From positions 128,154,001 to 128,218,000 of the forward strand of contig OX597814.1 in assembly GCA_951406725.2 (NCBI GenBank): DNA of 64,000 nucleotides. The letters are read 5' to 3'. The stretch's first letter is position 1. Each line of letters starts with the position of its first letter. This DNA is from Octopus vulgaris (Eukaryota). The notes beneath the pieces were generated by a model. It was not told the DNA's origin and did no database searches. It saw only the letters and a program-made list of their open reading frames with translations. The translations under genes were made by a program, and so were the position numbers. Shown here piece by piece: positions 1 through 12,999 of this stretch.

Positions 1-292
1 GGGATACCAGTCCTTTAGAGCATTACACACTTTTGCCAGCTGAGTGGACTGGAGCAACATGAAATGAAGTGTTTTACTTAAGAGCACAACACATCACCTG
101 GTCCGGGAATTGAAACCACAATCTTATTGTCTTGAGTCCTGCCCTAGAAGGATTAATAATATTAACTCCATACATCTGAGCTTTCTTTTCCTAACAGATA
201 GGCACAGGAGTGGCTGTGTGGTAAATAGTTTACTTACCAATATATATATATATATATATCATCGTCATCATCATCATATATATATATATATG

Positions 293-740
293 TACATCAT
301 CATCATCATCATTGCTTAATTAACATCAGCTTTCCATGGACGGTTTGATTGAGGACTGGCAAGCCAGAAGGCTGCGCCAAGCTCCAATCTGATCTGGCAA
401 GGTCTCTACAGCTGGATGCTCTTCCTAATGCCAACCACTCCAAAAGTGTAGTGGGTGCTTTTTATGTGCCACTAGCATGGGAGCTAGTCAGATGGCATTC
501 GCAGTGACCATGCTTGAATGGTGCTTTTTACATACCACTGGCATGGAACCAGTCAGGCGGCACTGGCATCAACCATGTACATATAGTTCATTTTACATGC
601 CACTGGCATGGGAGCCAGTCTGGTAGAACTGGCATCGACCACACTCAAATGGTGCTTTTTACATGCCAACAGCATGGGTGCCAGTCAGACAGAACAGGCA
701 TCGGCCAATACTGACATTGGCCAATACTGGCATCGCCCAT
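293..740 (-). mobile_element. RTE 3'UTR fragment
   Basis: (CAT)n tail, ctggatgc.cttcctaatgccaaccac motif and ~60-bp units as in 40737-41200. Confidence 0.8.
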
Positions 741-751
741 GCATATATATA

Positions 752-1088
752 TATGGAAAAAAAGTCAAGGTAGAAAATGGTAAATTAATATAAAAAACAT
801 TTCAGTAACAGTTTCAGTCATTGAGACTTTTTCACCTGTAAGTATGGAAGACAATTAAATTTTGGAAAAATTAAATGAAAGTTTTTTAAAAGAATATTTG
901 CATTTTCCTTGTTTCTGCCTGTCTCTGTCTCTCTTGTTTACTCTTGTGGGTTCGAAGTCATTGTATTTGAATACTATGCAAATATTCTTTTAAAAAACTT
1001 TTCTTTTAACTTTTCCAAAATTTAATTGTTTTCCATACTAACAGTTGAAAATTATTTTAGCATTTTTCACCTTGACTTTTTTCCATAT
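752..1088. repeat. Inverted repeat with a degraded U3-A8 hammerhead-like motif (803-838 minus)
   Basis: 752-902 is the reverse complement of 977-1088 apart from an internal deletion. Confidence 0.8.
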
Positions 1089-1189
1089 TTATCAACTCAA
1101 GTGTTCCTTTTCAACCTTCTACATATATATATGAGAGAGAGATAGGTTGATATATATATATATATATATCTATATATATATATATATAT

Positions 1190-1366
<177 letters not shown>

Positions 1367-2039
1367 GAGGAAGATAAGTTGATGTTAAGAAGGACAACTA
1401 GCTGTAGAAACCATGCCAAAGTAGAGAGCAGAGTTTAATACAATCTTCTGACTTGCCAGTTCCTGTGAAATTGTCCAACCCATGCCAACATGGAAAACAT
1501 GTTAAATGATAGTGAAGATTGTGAGGATGATGATGATGATGATAAGACAGACAGACAAACAGATAAATCACAAAGTAATTCATTTGTGAAGTACCACTTT
1601 GTAGTTTTCCTGAACAATGTTGGCAATGCAAATATTCCTCAGAAGCTTGCTTCCCAACCACATGGTTCTGGATTCAGTCCCACTGCATAACACCTTGTGC
1701 CAATGTCTTCTACAATAGCCTTGGGCCAACCAAAGCCATGTGAGTGGCTTTGTTGGAAGGAAACTGAAAGAAGCATATCATATATATACGTACCAATGTG
1801 TGTGTGTGTGTGCATTTGTGTTTTTGTGTGTGTGTTTGTCCCCCACTGCTGTTTGACAACAGGTGTTGGTGTATTTACATCCCTGTAACTTAGTGGTTCA
1901 GCAAAAAGAACCGATAGAATAAGTACCAGGCTTTAAAAAATAACTACTGGACTTGATTCATTCAACTAAAAATTTTTCAAGGTTGTGCTCCAGCATGGCT
2001 GCAGTCTGATTACTGAATCAAGTAAATGATAAAAGATAA

Positions 2040-3580
2040 ATGATATATATCATCATCATCATTATCACCATCATCATAATCATCATCATCACCACCACCA
2101 CCATCATCATCATCATCTAACATCTGCTGTCCATGTTGGCAAGGATTGCACGGTTTGACCAGGGCTGGTAAGTTGAGGAGCTGATGGCTTCTATGGCCCT
2201 TCCTAATGTTAACTACCCCAAGAGCATAACGTTTGCTTTGATGTGCCACTGGCCTGGGTTCTGCCATGATAATGATTTCACTTGGCTTGATGGGTCTTCT
2301 ATTCAAGCACGACATATTGCTGAGGGTCTCAGTCATTTGTCATTGCCTTCATGAGGCCTAACATTTAAAGGGTGCTTTTTACGTGCCACTTGCATGGGTG
2401 CTAGTTACATGACCCTAACATCGGCCACATTGCTTCCATGAGGACCAATGCTTGAAAGTTGCTTTTTATGTGACACTGGCCTCAGCAACAACTATGATTT
2501 TACTTGGCTTGACGGGTCTTCTCAAGTACAGCATATTGCCAAATGCCTTGGTCACAAGTCATTGTATCCATGAGGTTCAGCATCTGAAGATCATTCTTCA
2601 CCACCTCATCCCATGTCTTCTTGTGTGTGTGTGCTTTTGTGTCTTTGTGTGTGTTTGTCCCCCACTGCTGTTTGACAACAGGTGTTGGTGTATTTACAAC
2701 CCTGCAACTTAGTGGTTCAGCAAAAAGAACCGATAGAATAAGTACCTGGCTTAAAAATACAACTACTGGACTTGTTTCATTCAACTAAAAACTTCCACAG
2801 GTTCCCTCTTCCACAGGTCCCCTCCACAGCTAGAGATCGATGCTTCTTTACACAGCTGTCCTCATCCATATGACCATACCAGTACAGTCATCATGCATCA
2901 CATGACCATACCAGTGCAGTTGTCATGCATCACATGACCATACGAGTGCAGTTATCTCTCTTGCACACTACATTTGATGCTTCTTATGCCCAACTTTTTG
3001 CTGAAAATGCTTACATCTTGTCATACAGGTACACTGACATTTCACATCCAGTGAAGCATGCTAGCTTCATTTCTTACAAGCCTACACATGTCCTTAGCAG
3101 TCACAGTCCATGTTTCACTGCTGTGTAACATAGCTGTTTGCCCATAGGCGTCATACAGCCTACCTTTCACTCTGAGGAAGAGGCCTTTTGTTGCCAACAG
3201 AAGTAAGAGCTCTCTGAACCTTGACCAGCCTATTCCTATTCTTACAGCTACACTCTCAGAGCATCCACCTTTGCTTCTGACTCGGTCACCTAGATAACAG
3301 AAGCTATCTCCTCTCTTGAGCTTATCCCACTGGTGTTTGATGGAGTCAATTTTCTGTACATTTTTAGTGTTTACTGTACCAGTACACCTTCTACACACAA
3401 AAACTATTTTCTCAGTTAACCTTCCTCTGATATTGCTACACCTCTTGTGTGTCCACTGCTTGCACTGGGTACATCTTATAGAATTTCTACCTACACTTTT
3501 CCTACATATCAAGCAGAGCCATCTACCTGAAGGCATTTGTGATTGCCTGCTTTCCTACTTACTAAGACTTTGGTTTTTGC
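2040..3580 (-). mobile_element. Degraded RTE LINE 3' part (RT C-terminus plus 3'UTR)
   Basis: ORF 3042-3536 aligns by eye to the 41421-43061 protein (GRNSIRCTQCKQWTHKRCS, TAMLHSSETW). Confidence 0.9.
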
Positions 3581-3959
3581 TATATGTATATTGCTCCTAA
3601 TAAATCTCTGAGCGAGGTATAAACAGTAGCTGCACAACATCGTGAAGTATATTTGCCACTTAAAGTGGCAAATATACTTCACTATATTGCTCCTGTTTTT
3701 ATGATACAAACTTCCTATTAAATATATTCCAACAAAATTTCATGTTAATTTATGCTTCAAACACCAGCTTAATAATGACAAAGTTGTTTTACTAAACACT
3801 TCATTATTTTCAAAATTAATTGAAATGAACACAATGAATTTCATTAGAAATGTGGTAACAAAAAGGTTAGCAAGGACATTGTTTGATTTGATATATTTTA
3901 GTGATTCTCCATGTAATTTTCTTGAGTTATATGCAGGATTTCTTATTTTGTTACTTAAG

Positions 3960-4200
3960 GTGGCATGTAAAAAGCACCAACCGATTGTGACTGTTGCCAG
4001 CCTGCTCTGGCCCCTGTGCCGCTGGCACGTAAAAAGCACCCGCTACACTCACAGAGTGGTTGGTGTTAGGAAGGGCATCCAGCTGTAGAAACACTGCTAG
4101 ATCAGATTCAAGCCTGGTGCAGCCTCCTGGCTTCCCAGACCCCAGTCGAACCATCCAACCCATGCTAGCATGGAAAACAGGCATTAAATGATGATGATGA
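3960..4200 (+). mobile_element. RTE 3'UTR fragment
   Basis: Same 3'UTR motif, ccatgctagcatgg palindrome, ATG tail. Confidence 0.85.
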
Positions 4201-4513
4201 AGAGAATAGAACTGATCTTAATACAATTGAGTCAATTTTAATTATATTAAAAAATCAACAAAATCATTAAAATTTTAGTTTCCAAATGGCAATTTATGAT
4301 TTGGAGTTTTGCAGTGATAAGACCAACATCATCATCAAATTCTAATTAATATTTCAAGCATCTTATTCCTTTTGTTACTACATTTCTGTTGAAATATATT
4401 ATATATGTTTCAATTAATTTCGAAAATAATAAAGAATTTAGAATGATAGCTTTGCCAACCCAGGTTAACCCTGTTGAAATTTTGAAGATAATTATATAAA
4501 TAAGGATAACAAA

Positions 4514-4620
4514 CATATGGAAGTATCTGGTTAACATATAGAAGTATCCAGTTAACTTATGGAAGTATCCGGTTAACATATGGAAGTATCCGGTTAACAT
4601 ATGGAAGTATCTGGTTAACC
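4514..4620. repeat. Tandem repeat, 5 x 21 bp (catatggaagtatcyggttaa)
   Basis: Directly visible periodicity. Confidence 0.9.
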
Positions 4621-5663
4621 TAAATACAATGGTTAAATAAATACAAGCACTATTTTGCATCTAGTTAACCTTTATTGCAGTAAATGAACCAAATACAACT
4701 GTCCTCAAATGAGGACTGCGGGTTAATATGGATTAACGCAAAATTTTGATAGGTTTTAATTTTTATGTCTTTAAAACAGGAAGTTTATATTATTGAACTG
4801 AGGGTTAACCTAAGACAAGTTGATATCAAAAGGGAATTGATAAAAAAAAATGCATTTTCTAAATAATATTTTAAGAAATAAAAAAAATTAAATTCATAAT
4901 AATTCTATCATTAAGACTGTGATTTAACCTCTTTTACTATATCTTTTACTTGTTTCAGTTATTGGATTGCAGTCATGCTGGGGCACCACATTGGAAAACT
5001 ACTGGCAGCAGTGGAATTCGAATCAACACCTCCGATAGACTGATACCTTAACCAGCACCTTAGATTTCTTGACCCCACTACTATTTGCTATCAAGAATGT
5101 TTGAAACGATAACCTGGAAATGAATTGTAGTTCAAGGAACTTACCTCATTTCAGTGTTGAATAGCAAATTCTTTGGTAAAATCCGATATTCTTTAACACA
5201 TTCTCTAATAACATTCATGCCATATAGTTTGATGATTAAATTGTGCAAAATATTTCAGATAGCAACTAACAGGTAAATCAAATGATAGAAGCTTACACCT
5301 GATACATTCATGAAATGCATATTTCAGAATTTTACATTAAATTTCATTGCGACAGAACACTGCGTTTAGCTATTTCCTTTCACACAATGGAACCACCTGA
5401 ATGACTATAGTATTTGTCTTTCCTTCTCACTCTGTGTCATCCCCCTCAACTCCACCAAGACTTCCTCTACAGATTACAATCGTCTTTTCCTTAAACTCTT
5501 GAGTTAATCCATGTATTGTCTAAGTGTAGAAATTGTTCTGCCTCTGGATGTCACGTACTGGGTGTGTACACAATGTGAACAGTCTAGGTTAACCATTGTT
5601 ATGAGATATTGATATGTGTAGTTGTTTGCTGTCTGCACAGACTCATGTTTACATGACAGAAGG

Positions 5664-5699
<36 letters not shown>

Positions 5700-5786
5700 T
5701 ACATACATGTGTGTGTGTATGGATTTATACACAGACACATGCACTTATGTTTTCAATTATCACCAGTAATAACAACAAATAGTAAA

Positions 5787-6040
5787 GGCGCTTGGCCTAG
5801 TGGTTAGTCTGTTGCACTCACAATCACTAGATCGTGGGTTCAATTCCCAGACTCGGCAGCATGTTGTGTTCTTGAGCAAAACACTTCATTTCACTTTGCT
5901 TCAGTCCACTTTTGATCAAAGAAGAGTGTTGGTCTGCTCACCTAGCCAGTGGGATGGCATTGTTTGATGGCTAAAACAATGCTAAGCACATTGTGATTAG
6001 TGATGTGTAACAGCATCTAATAGCCTGGTCGGTCACATAA
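5787..6040 (+). mobile_element. tRNA-derived SINE family C (also ~36550-36800 plus and 1-130 minus)
   Basis: tggcctagtggtt A box, ggttcaattcc B box, gttcttgagcaaaacacttcatttcac core. Confidence 0.75.
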
Positions 6041-6111
6041 TCATGTGAATAACAAGAAATATAACAGATTTTTTAAAATCAGGTAAACATAGCTGATGGT
6101 TGAAATTAACC

Positions 6112-6540
6112 TAGTGTGCCGGGCGAAATGCATAGCCGTATTTCGTCTGTTGTTACGTTCTGAGTTCAAATTCCACCGAGGTTGACTTTACTTTTCATCC
6201 TTTTGGGATCGATAAATTAAGTACCAGTTACGCACTGGGGTCGATATAATCGATTTAATCCATGTGTCTGTCCTTGTTTGTCTCCTCTATGTTTAGACCC
6301 TTGTGGGTAATAAAGAAACAGCTGGCAGAAACGTTAGCACGCCGGGCAAAATGCATAGCCGTATTTCGTCTGTTGTTACATTCTGAGTTCAAATTCCGCC
6401 GAGGTTGACTTTGCTTTTCATCCTTTCGGGGTCGATAAATTAAGTACCAGTTATGCACTGGGGTCGATATAATCGACTTAATCCGTGTGTCTGTCCTTGT
6501 TTATCTCCTCTATGTTTAGCCCCTTGTGGACAATAAAAAA
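6112..6540 (+). mobile_element. SINE family B tandem dimer (tRNA head, Meta/Sauria-like core)
   Basis: gagttcaaattcc B box and gcctttcatcctttcggggtcgataaattaagtaccag core, two head-to-tail units. Confidence 0.85.
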
Positions 6541-6617
6541 ATAACAATATTAATGTATTAGGGAGATGTACTTGCATAGCGAGTGACTTAATCTGAGATC
6601 TTGTGCTGGAACGAAAA

Positions 6618-6885
6618 CAATTGCAGCATGGAAGGCGTTTATAAGCCATTTAGGAAACACACAAAACCGTTAGATTCACTTCAACATTTAAATTTAATTT
6701 GTCAAAATATTTTCGTCGCTTTGAGACCGCGACCTGTTCACTGACAAAATATTGTGCTGCACGACGTTTTGTCAGTGAACAGGTCGCGGTGTCAATATTT
6801 TGACAAATTAAATTTAAATGTTGAAGTGAATCTAACGGTTTTGTGTGTTTCTTAAATGGCTTATAAACACCTTCCACGCTGCAAT
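6618..6885. repeat. Long inverted repeat of a pLTR-like element (element starts ~6562)
   Basis: ~130-bp arms reading as reverse complements; sister foldback at 31189-31470. Confidence 0.9.
6698..6748 (-). ncRNA. Minimal type I hammerhead-like motif, G3-C8 core variant
   Basis: UUUGUCA GUGAACA G GUCGC ggucucaaa GCGAC GAA AAUAUU U UGACAAA. Confidence 0.6.
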
Positions 6886-7799
6886 ATTGATGTATTTCCA
6901 CTATAAGTCAACACTTTCTATTGGAAGATATATAAAGGAAGCTACAACTTCACTGAGAATATTTTTCTCTACACTGTATATCATTTTGACCTGGCTATTT
7001 ACAATGCTTGTTAGATGACTACAAGAAAAAAAAGTATACTTTTCTGTCATGTGACCAAGAAACTTTCTCCTCTTCTAAAGTTGTTGATGAGTTTTTTTTT
7101 ATTTCTTTAACAAAAGGATTTCTTCCAACTTTATGGAATACTTCTACTTATTATTCTTCAACTAGATGATTCTGTAAATAGCATTACCACCAATAAAACT
7201 ATCATAATTACAATTCATTTTGCTTCCAGCTCCACACAACACACAAACAGCAAAACATCTTTTGAACTCCCCTTTTTATTGCAAAGTAATAAGGTTAACA
7301 ATTCTGACATGTCCTTTCCCTTATCCTCACCCAATATTCTTCAGAACTATTTATTATCCTCATGAAACTCTGAAATATTTAATCTCCTGGGATCCTACTG
7401 CATCAGAGTATCTCTTACTCTTGATAATCTCATCGAAAACAATAGTGCTGCTCCTGACTTAGCAAAGCCCTCAAACTTATCTGACTTATTAATTCCTTTG
7501 TTAACTTCCTTACCAATCATCTCTTAATAGGAAGGTTTCTTGTAGAATCAGTCAGTTACATCAAGCATCGATAACACTCTCTCTTCCCATATTTTATTAA
7601 CCAGGGTCTCAAGTTTATTTCTCATAATTTACTTCTGTACATTAATAGCATTATCACTTCTACTTCTAATAACTCACACTCCTATGAAGATAACAAGCTT
7701 TCATTTATTATTTTCCCCACATAGTCATTATCCTTAAATCCTTAAATCCTTAAAAATGTTTCAGCCCAAAAGCTGCAGCCATGCTGGGGCACCACTGTT

Positions 7800-7990
7800 G
7801 AATGAGCTACACTAGTATGTGAATCCACCTTTGATACGTGGCACTTGATCAACAAGGGAGTTCGATGCCGCTGCCTGCATCTGTGTTTCCTGCTGAGAGG
7901 TAGGTTCATCTGGAACCCCTGACAAGAAGAGATCCAGTTTAGTTTCAAAGAAACCCAAGAAATCCATATACAATCTCGACATTTCATGGA
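7800..7990 (-). mobile_element. CR1/L2-group LINE C-terminal fragment
   Basis: KLDLFLSGVPDEPT...AAASNSLVDQ is a recurrent C-terminal motif of invertebrate CR1-group ORF2. Confidence 0.6.
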
Positions 7991-8249
7991 AGACCAACAC
8001 TGCTTCTATGAACAGTGATCTTGAAAGCATTCTCCAATAGAGTTATGACAATCTTGCCTTCTTTAGCAGCACTAAAGCTCAAATTGTAAACATATCAAGG
8101 AACTCAACCATCTCTAGTCATGTACAACTAAAATCTTGAGAATTTATACAAATGCCAAGTTCCACAGAATCTAATGATTTTTAATAGTGACTTCACATAC
8201 ATAACATTGCCAACATTTAAATGCTACAGACTAGGTAACCTCTTCCAAA

Positions 8250-8520
8250 ATATAATTTAGTTTGATTAATATAATCATGTGAATGACCAACATGATAACG
8301 AGGCTCACATATATGGAATTGTGCAGTTGCTGCTTCTACACAGAAGTATTTTAGACTGTATTAAAAATAGGCCATTAAGCTGAATAGGGAAAATTTGCAG
8401 ACAAACCACAATCACTAATCTACAGACATTCTGTTTCTATTTCCTGTTTACTCTCTCATTACTGTAATGCCTTCCACTCCTTTAAACTATAAAACTTGCT
8501 CACTATTTTCCCCACCCCAC
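8250..8520 (+). mobile_element. Highly degraded LINE RT C-terminal remnant (CR1/L2/Daphne-like), probably extending upstream
   Basis: Broken translation SHIWN...LDCI.NRAIKL...L.YRHSVS. Confidence 0.4.
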
Positions 8521-8696
8521 CACTTAATATTCCTTCAGCCTTACCCCTGCCAAACACAACATGAGACACTTTGGTTATTTAACCCTATTGTGTCCATATT
8601 TCTGTTGAAATAAACAGTCTTTGTTTCAATAAATTATTAAAATAATAAAGAATTTATTAAAATAACTCTGTCATTTATAAACTTGTTTGGAACATA

Positions 8697-9112
8697 AGGC
8701 GGTGAGCTAGCAGACACGCTAGCGCATCGGGCGAAATGCTTAGCAGTATTTCATCTGTCGTTACGTTCAGAGTTCAAATTCTGCTGTGGTCGACTATGCC
8801 TTTCATCCTTTCGGGGTCAATAAATAAAGTACCTGTTTCGCACTGGGGTTGATGTAATCAACTTAATCCGTTTGTCTGTCCTTGTTTGTCCCCTCTGTGT
8901 TTAGCCCTTTGTGAGTAGTAAAGAAAGAGGTATTTCGTCTGCTGCTATGTTCTGAGATCAAATTCCGCAGAGGTCCACTTTGCCTTTCATCCTTTCAGGG
9001 TCGATAAATAAAGTACCAGTTTCGCACTGGGGTCGATATAATCGACTTAATCCCTTTGTCTGTCCTTGTTTGTCCCCTCTATGTTTAGCCCCTTGTGGGC
9101 AATAAAGAAATA
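8697..9112 (+). mobile_element. SINE family B tandem dimer
   Basis: Full unit followed by a 5'-truncated unit. Confidence 0.85.
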
Positions 9113-10380
9113 TATAAGTTTGCTTGGAACATAAATTATCATGCAATTCTGATGGAAAATTTTAAGATCATTTTAAAACAAAGAGTTTGTATCATGGAAC
9201 CAGGTATGGTTTCTGGCAAGTTGATATCAATAGAATTAAACTTGTCACTGCATATTTTACCTAATAAGCAACAACCTACAAAAATTTAATGTTACATAAT
9301 CATATCAACTCCACTGGTCTAGGAAGATCTGTGAAAGTCACATAATATGACTTCCACTAGAAAGTATTTCAGTGGCTGACGTACTTAGCCTTAAAGTGTT
9401 CCAGTCATTTAGTGATGAGAAAAGATAAAAAAAAGTCTCCTGCTGTGTGGTTAAGAAGCTTGCCTTGGAACCATGTACTTCTGGGTTCAGTCTCACTGTG
9501 TAGCACTTTGGACAAGTGTCTTCTACTGGGTTGACCGGTGCCTTGCATGTGAATTTAGTAGATGGAAACACTGTGTGTGGAAGCTCATTGTGTGTGTGTG
9601 TGTGTGTGTGTTTGTCCCTCCTTCATTTCTTGTCTACCAGCGATGGTTTGTTTACATTCCCATACCATGATGATTCAGCAAAAGAGACCAACAAAATAAG
9701 CACCAGACTGAAAAAAATAAGCATGGGGGTATAACCCTCATGGTTGTGCCCCAGCATGGCCACAGTCCAATGACTAAAACAAGTTAAAAGATATGAGAAC
9801 GCAATTAGCATGCTGCATTCTGGAAAGAACAAATGCAAGTCTCTGCATACATGATGGATAACATTACATTGATGTTTGATCAATGGCGTTCTCATCTGTG
9901 TTTCTGTGATATGGCTAAAGCTGATATGGTTTCGTGTATTCTCAGATGAGCTGCAAACAGCAACAGCAACGAAGGAGCCTTTAAAAAGTCACTCAATTTG
10001 TTAAAAATAGCAGCCAAATCTCCCACAAATTACATATTATTGTCAATAACACTGAAAGGGTACATTAGACAATGCATTCCTTTCATTTTCCTCTAGAAAC
10101 AGCATTTGATTTTAACCTTTAGCTAGGAAGAAGGCAGTGGCCATGCCCTTTATAGGGTCTCAAACAATGGAAAGAAGGGAGGCAGGTAGATTTATTCACA
10201 CAGGGTTAACCTGAGTCTGAAGAGTAATGTAGCTAGGGTAGTCCATCCTGGGTGCTACTTCTATGGAGGCAGTACTCTTAGGTCTGCTGTAGAAGTTTGT
10301 ATTGGGAGCTGAAGAGCAGATGGGGCAGAAAACTAAAGGGCAGCTCCAGGGAGCAAACACTCTGGTTATGCCACTGGATA

Positions 10381-10466
10381 CCACCACCACCACCACCACC
10401 ACCACCACCACCACCACCACCACCACCACCACCACCACCATCATCATCACCACCACCACCATCACC

Positions 10467-10497
<31 letters not shown>

Positions 10498-10514
10498 CCA
10501 CCATCACCACCACC

Positions 10515-10548
<34 letters not shown>

Positions 10549-10665
10549 CCACCACCACCACCACCACCACCACCATCATCATCAACAACAACAACAACAG
10601 CAGCAGCAGCAGCAACAAAACAACAGCAGCGGTGGCGACGACGACAACAACTACTACCACCATCA
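10381..10665. repeat. Compound (CAC/CAT/CAA/CAG)n microsatellite
   Basis: Direct. Confidence 0.98.
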
Positions 10666-10740
10666 TGTACCAATATAATATATTTACTAAATGAATATAT
10701 TTACTAAATGCAAACACAAAACTCATATGTACAAATGCAT

Positions 10741-10746
10741 TTTATT
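10741..10746 (-). promoter_or_regulatory. Candidate polyadenylation signal of the RGS-like gene
   Basis: AATAAA on the minus strand downstream of the predicted stop. Confidence 0.4.
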
Positions 10747-10885
10747 TCAGTAGCGTGACACATCTGAACTTTTGTTTTAAGTTGGTCTGATGTAAATCCA
10801 AGATGTGAATGTGGTTCAGAAATAAATGTGAAAAGAAAAAAAAACCAGAAAAAAAAGTCACAATATCTTGGCTATGTTTAAAAGA

Positions 10886-11010
10886 TTATAGAATATAAGA
10901 TGGAGAGCTTCCATGTTGCTTTCGTGTTGATTTGTCATGTTCCACTTCACAAGCATGTGAACTCCAAGTCTTAGGCACTCCTAAGCATACAGACCATGCA
11001 TTGCGACCGG
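10886..11010 (-). CDS. RGS-like gene terminal coding exon (GRNAWSVCLGVPKTWSSHACEVEHDKSTRKQHGSSPSYIL*)
   Basis: Strong acceptor ttcttttctttcattcctag, phase 1 open to TAA, AATAAA about 140 nt downstream. Confidence 0.6.
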
Positions 11011-11427
11011 CTAGGAATGAAAGAAAAGAATCAAATTAGGAAAACATGAAATTATAATTGCTTCTTGTTTCTTTATTCATGTAACAGTCACATGACATGG
11101 TTTTATTTTCCACACTATTTTTGTATAATAGAATATCTCTTTATCTTTTACTTGTTCCAGTCAATGGATGGTGGTCAGGCTAGAGCACCACCTTGAAGGG
11201 TTTGGTGATGAAATTGATTCCAGTACTAAATCTATCAGTCTCTTTTGCCAAAACAGTTAAGTTATAGGGACATAAACAAACCATGACCAGTTGATAAGTG
11301 ATGGGGAAACAGAAAGACACACACATACATACATATTATATATATGTGTGTGTATATATATAGTATATGGTTCCGTGATGGTAAGATCAATCAATAAAAA
11401 AGGTACTCCATCTGGTGAGAGGTAATA

Positions 11428-11912
11428 TTATTTAATAAACACAATTTATGTTCTTATGTGCTACTATCATGTTCATGTAATGATAACATGCCAAACTGTT
11501 TTATAACACGTCTGGTGCCCTAGTACAATCATCAGACACTGCCCACATGACATAACAAACAAAAAAACTGGGATGAGAGAAAAAGTGAGAAAAAAGTATA
11601 AAAGGTGGAGGGAAGAAAAACCAGAAAATGAAAAAGAAATCAGAAAGAAGCAAAAGGGTAATTTTGCTTCTTTCTAATTTCTTTTTCATTTCCTGGTTTT
11701 TCAACCTTCCTCCTTTCATCCTTTCATGTATACTTCTTTCTCACCATTTCTCACTTTTTCTCTCATCCCACTTTTTTGTTTGTTATGTCATGTGGGCAGT
11801 ATCTGATGATTTTGCTAGGACACTAGATGGGTTATAAAACACTGTTTGGCATGTTATTAGCACATGAAACTGATAGTAGCACATAAAGCATATATTGTGT
11901 TTATTAAACAAT
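11428..11912. repeat. ~240-bp-arm inverted repeat with a degraded CUGAUGA motif in each arm
   Basis: Arms are reverse complements centred near 11658. Confidence 0.9.
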
Positions 11913-12016
11913 ATATATATATATATGCATATAGGTGGGCAATTTAAACTGGTCGTGTGCATACGTGCATATATATGTATGTATACATTTGTATATGTAA
12001 GTATTCATATGTTGTG

Positions 12017-12080
<64 letters not shown>

Positions 12081-12102
12081 TATTTATGTGCTATCTGTGT
12101 AT

Positions 12103-12161
12103 ATTTCACTGATGAAGGCAAAGCATTTCTTATGCAGAGCCAGAAATCTGGGATCTGGAAT
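12103..12161 (+). ncRNA. Type I hammerhead-like motif
   Basis: auuuca CUGAUGA, stem II ggc/gcc plus gcau/augc, GAAA, AUC..GAU helix III, AUC site, uggaau. Confidence 0.55.
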
Positions 12162-12432
12162 TGTCCAGTAATATTTTTGCTAGTTTATTTTCTGTCTTTG
12201 TCTTCTCTCCTGGTGCTGTATGAACATTTGATATGGTTTCAGAGTCAAGTTTTGGCTGCTATTTCTAGCGTGGTGGTATCTCTTAGATACCTTTAATTAT
12301 AATTTTAATAATTAATCATTACCTTTGAGGTTTTCTTTCCCATGCTAGCCACCTGATAAGACCGGTATTTTAAATAACGATCTTATCCTTATTTATATAA
12401 ATACATATATACATACATATATATATATATAT

Positions 12433-12479
<47 letters not shown>

Positions 12480-12999
12480 CCCCAAGTTGACTAAAGCCTT
12501 GCGAGTGGATTTGGTAGACGGAAGCTGAAAGATGTTCATTATATATGTATGTATCTATGTATGTGTTCCTGTGTTTGTGTCTGTACCCCATATTGCTCAA
12601 CAGGTGTTGGTTTGTCTACATCCTCTCGACTTAGTTTCAGAGAAAGAGACCAAATGAAAAATAATCTGTTCAACTACAACCCTTCAAAGTGGTGCCCCAG
12701 TATGTCCACAATCCAATGATTAAAATAAGAGATGAAAGATAAAGATAAATTACAAGACAATGAGGAAACTTATATGTGATTGTTCAAACAGTTAAAACTA
12801 GCAGCCAAATCTCCCTCATTTCTCATCCTATTATGTTATCAAAAGACAGAAACATTGGATAATGTGTTTGGAAAAACAAACTGGATGGATATGACTAGAA
12901 TGTCCTTGGTCATTGGTTTTCTAAACCAAAGCTGGTTCAAATGTGAACATGATAAATTAATGTTTCTTTTTTGCTTTATTTTTATTTTTCAGAGGTGCT

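Noticed and set aside
5504-5583. Another possible terminal exon (NCSHCVHTQYVTSRGRTISTLRQYMD*)
   Set aside because: Poor polypyrimidine tract and no supporting homology
9892-9950. Alternative terminal exon (THLRIHETISALAISQKHR*)
   Set aside because: Phase-compatible, but the 11010 exon has the stronger acceptor and a nearby AATAAA; not excluded as a minor isoform
10196-10726. Poly-V/G/P/T ORFs (similar ones at 1111-1419, 14471-14779, 21570-21874, 29495-30033)
   Set aside because: Translations of microsatellites, not genes
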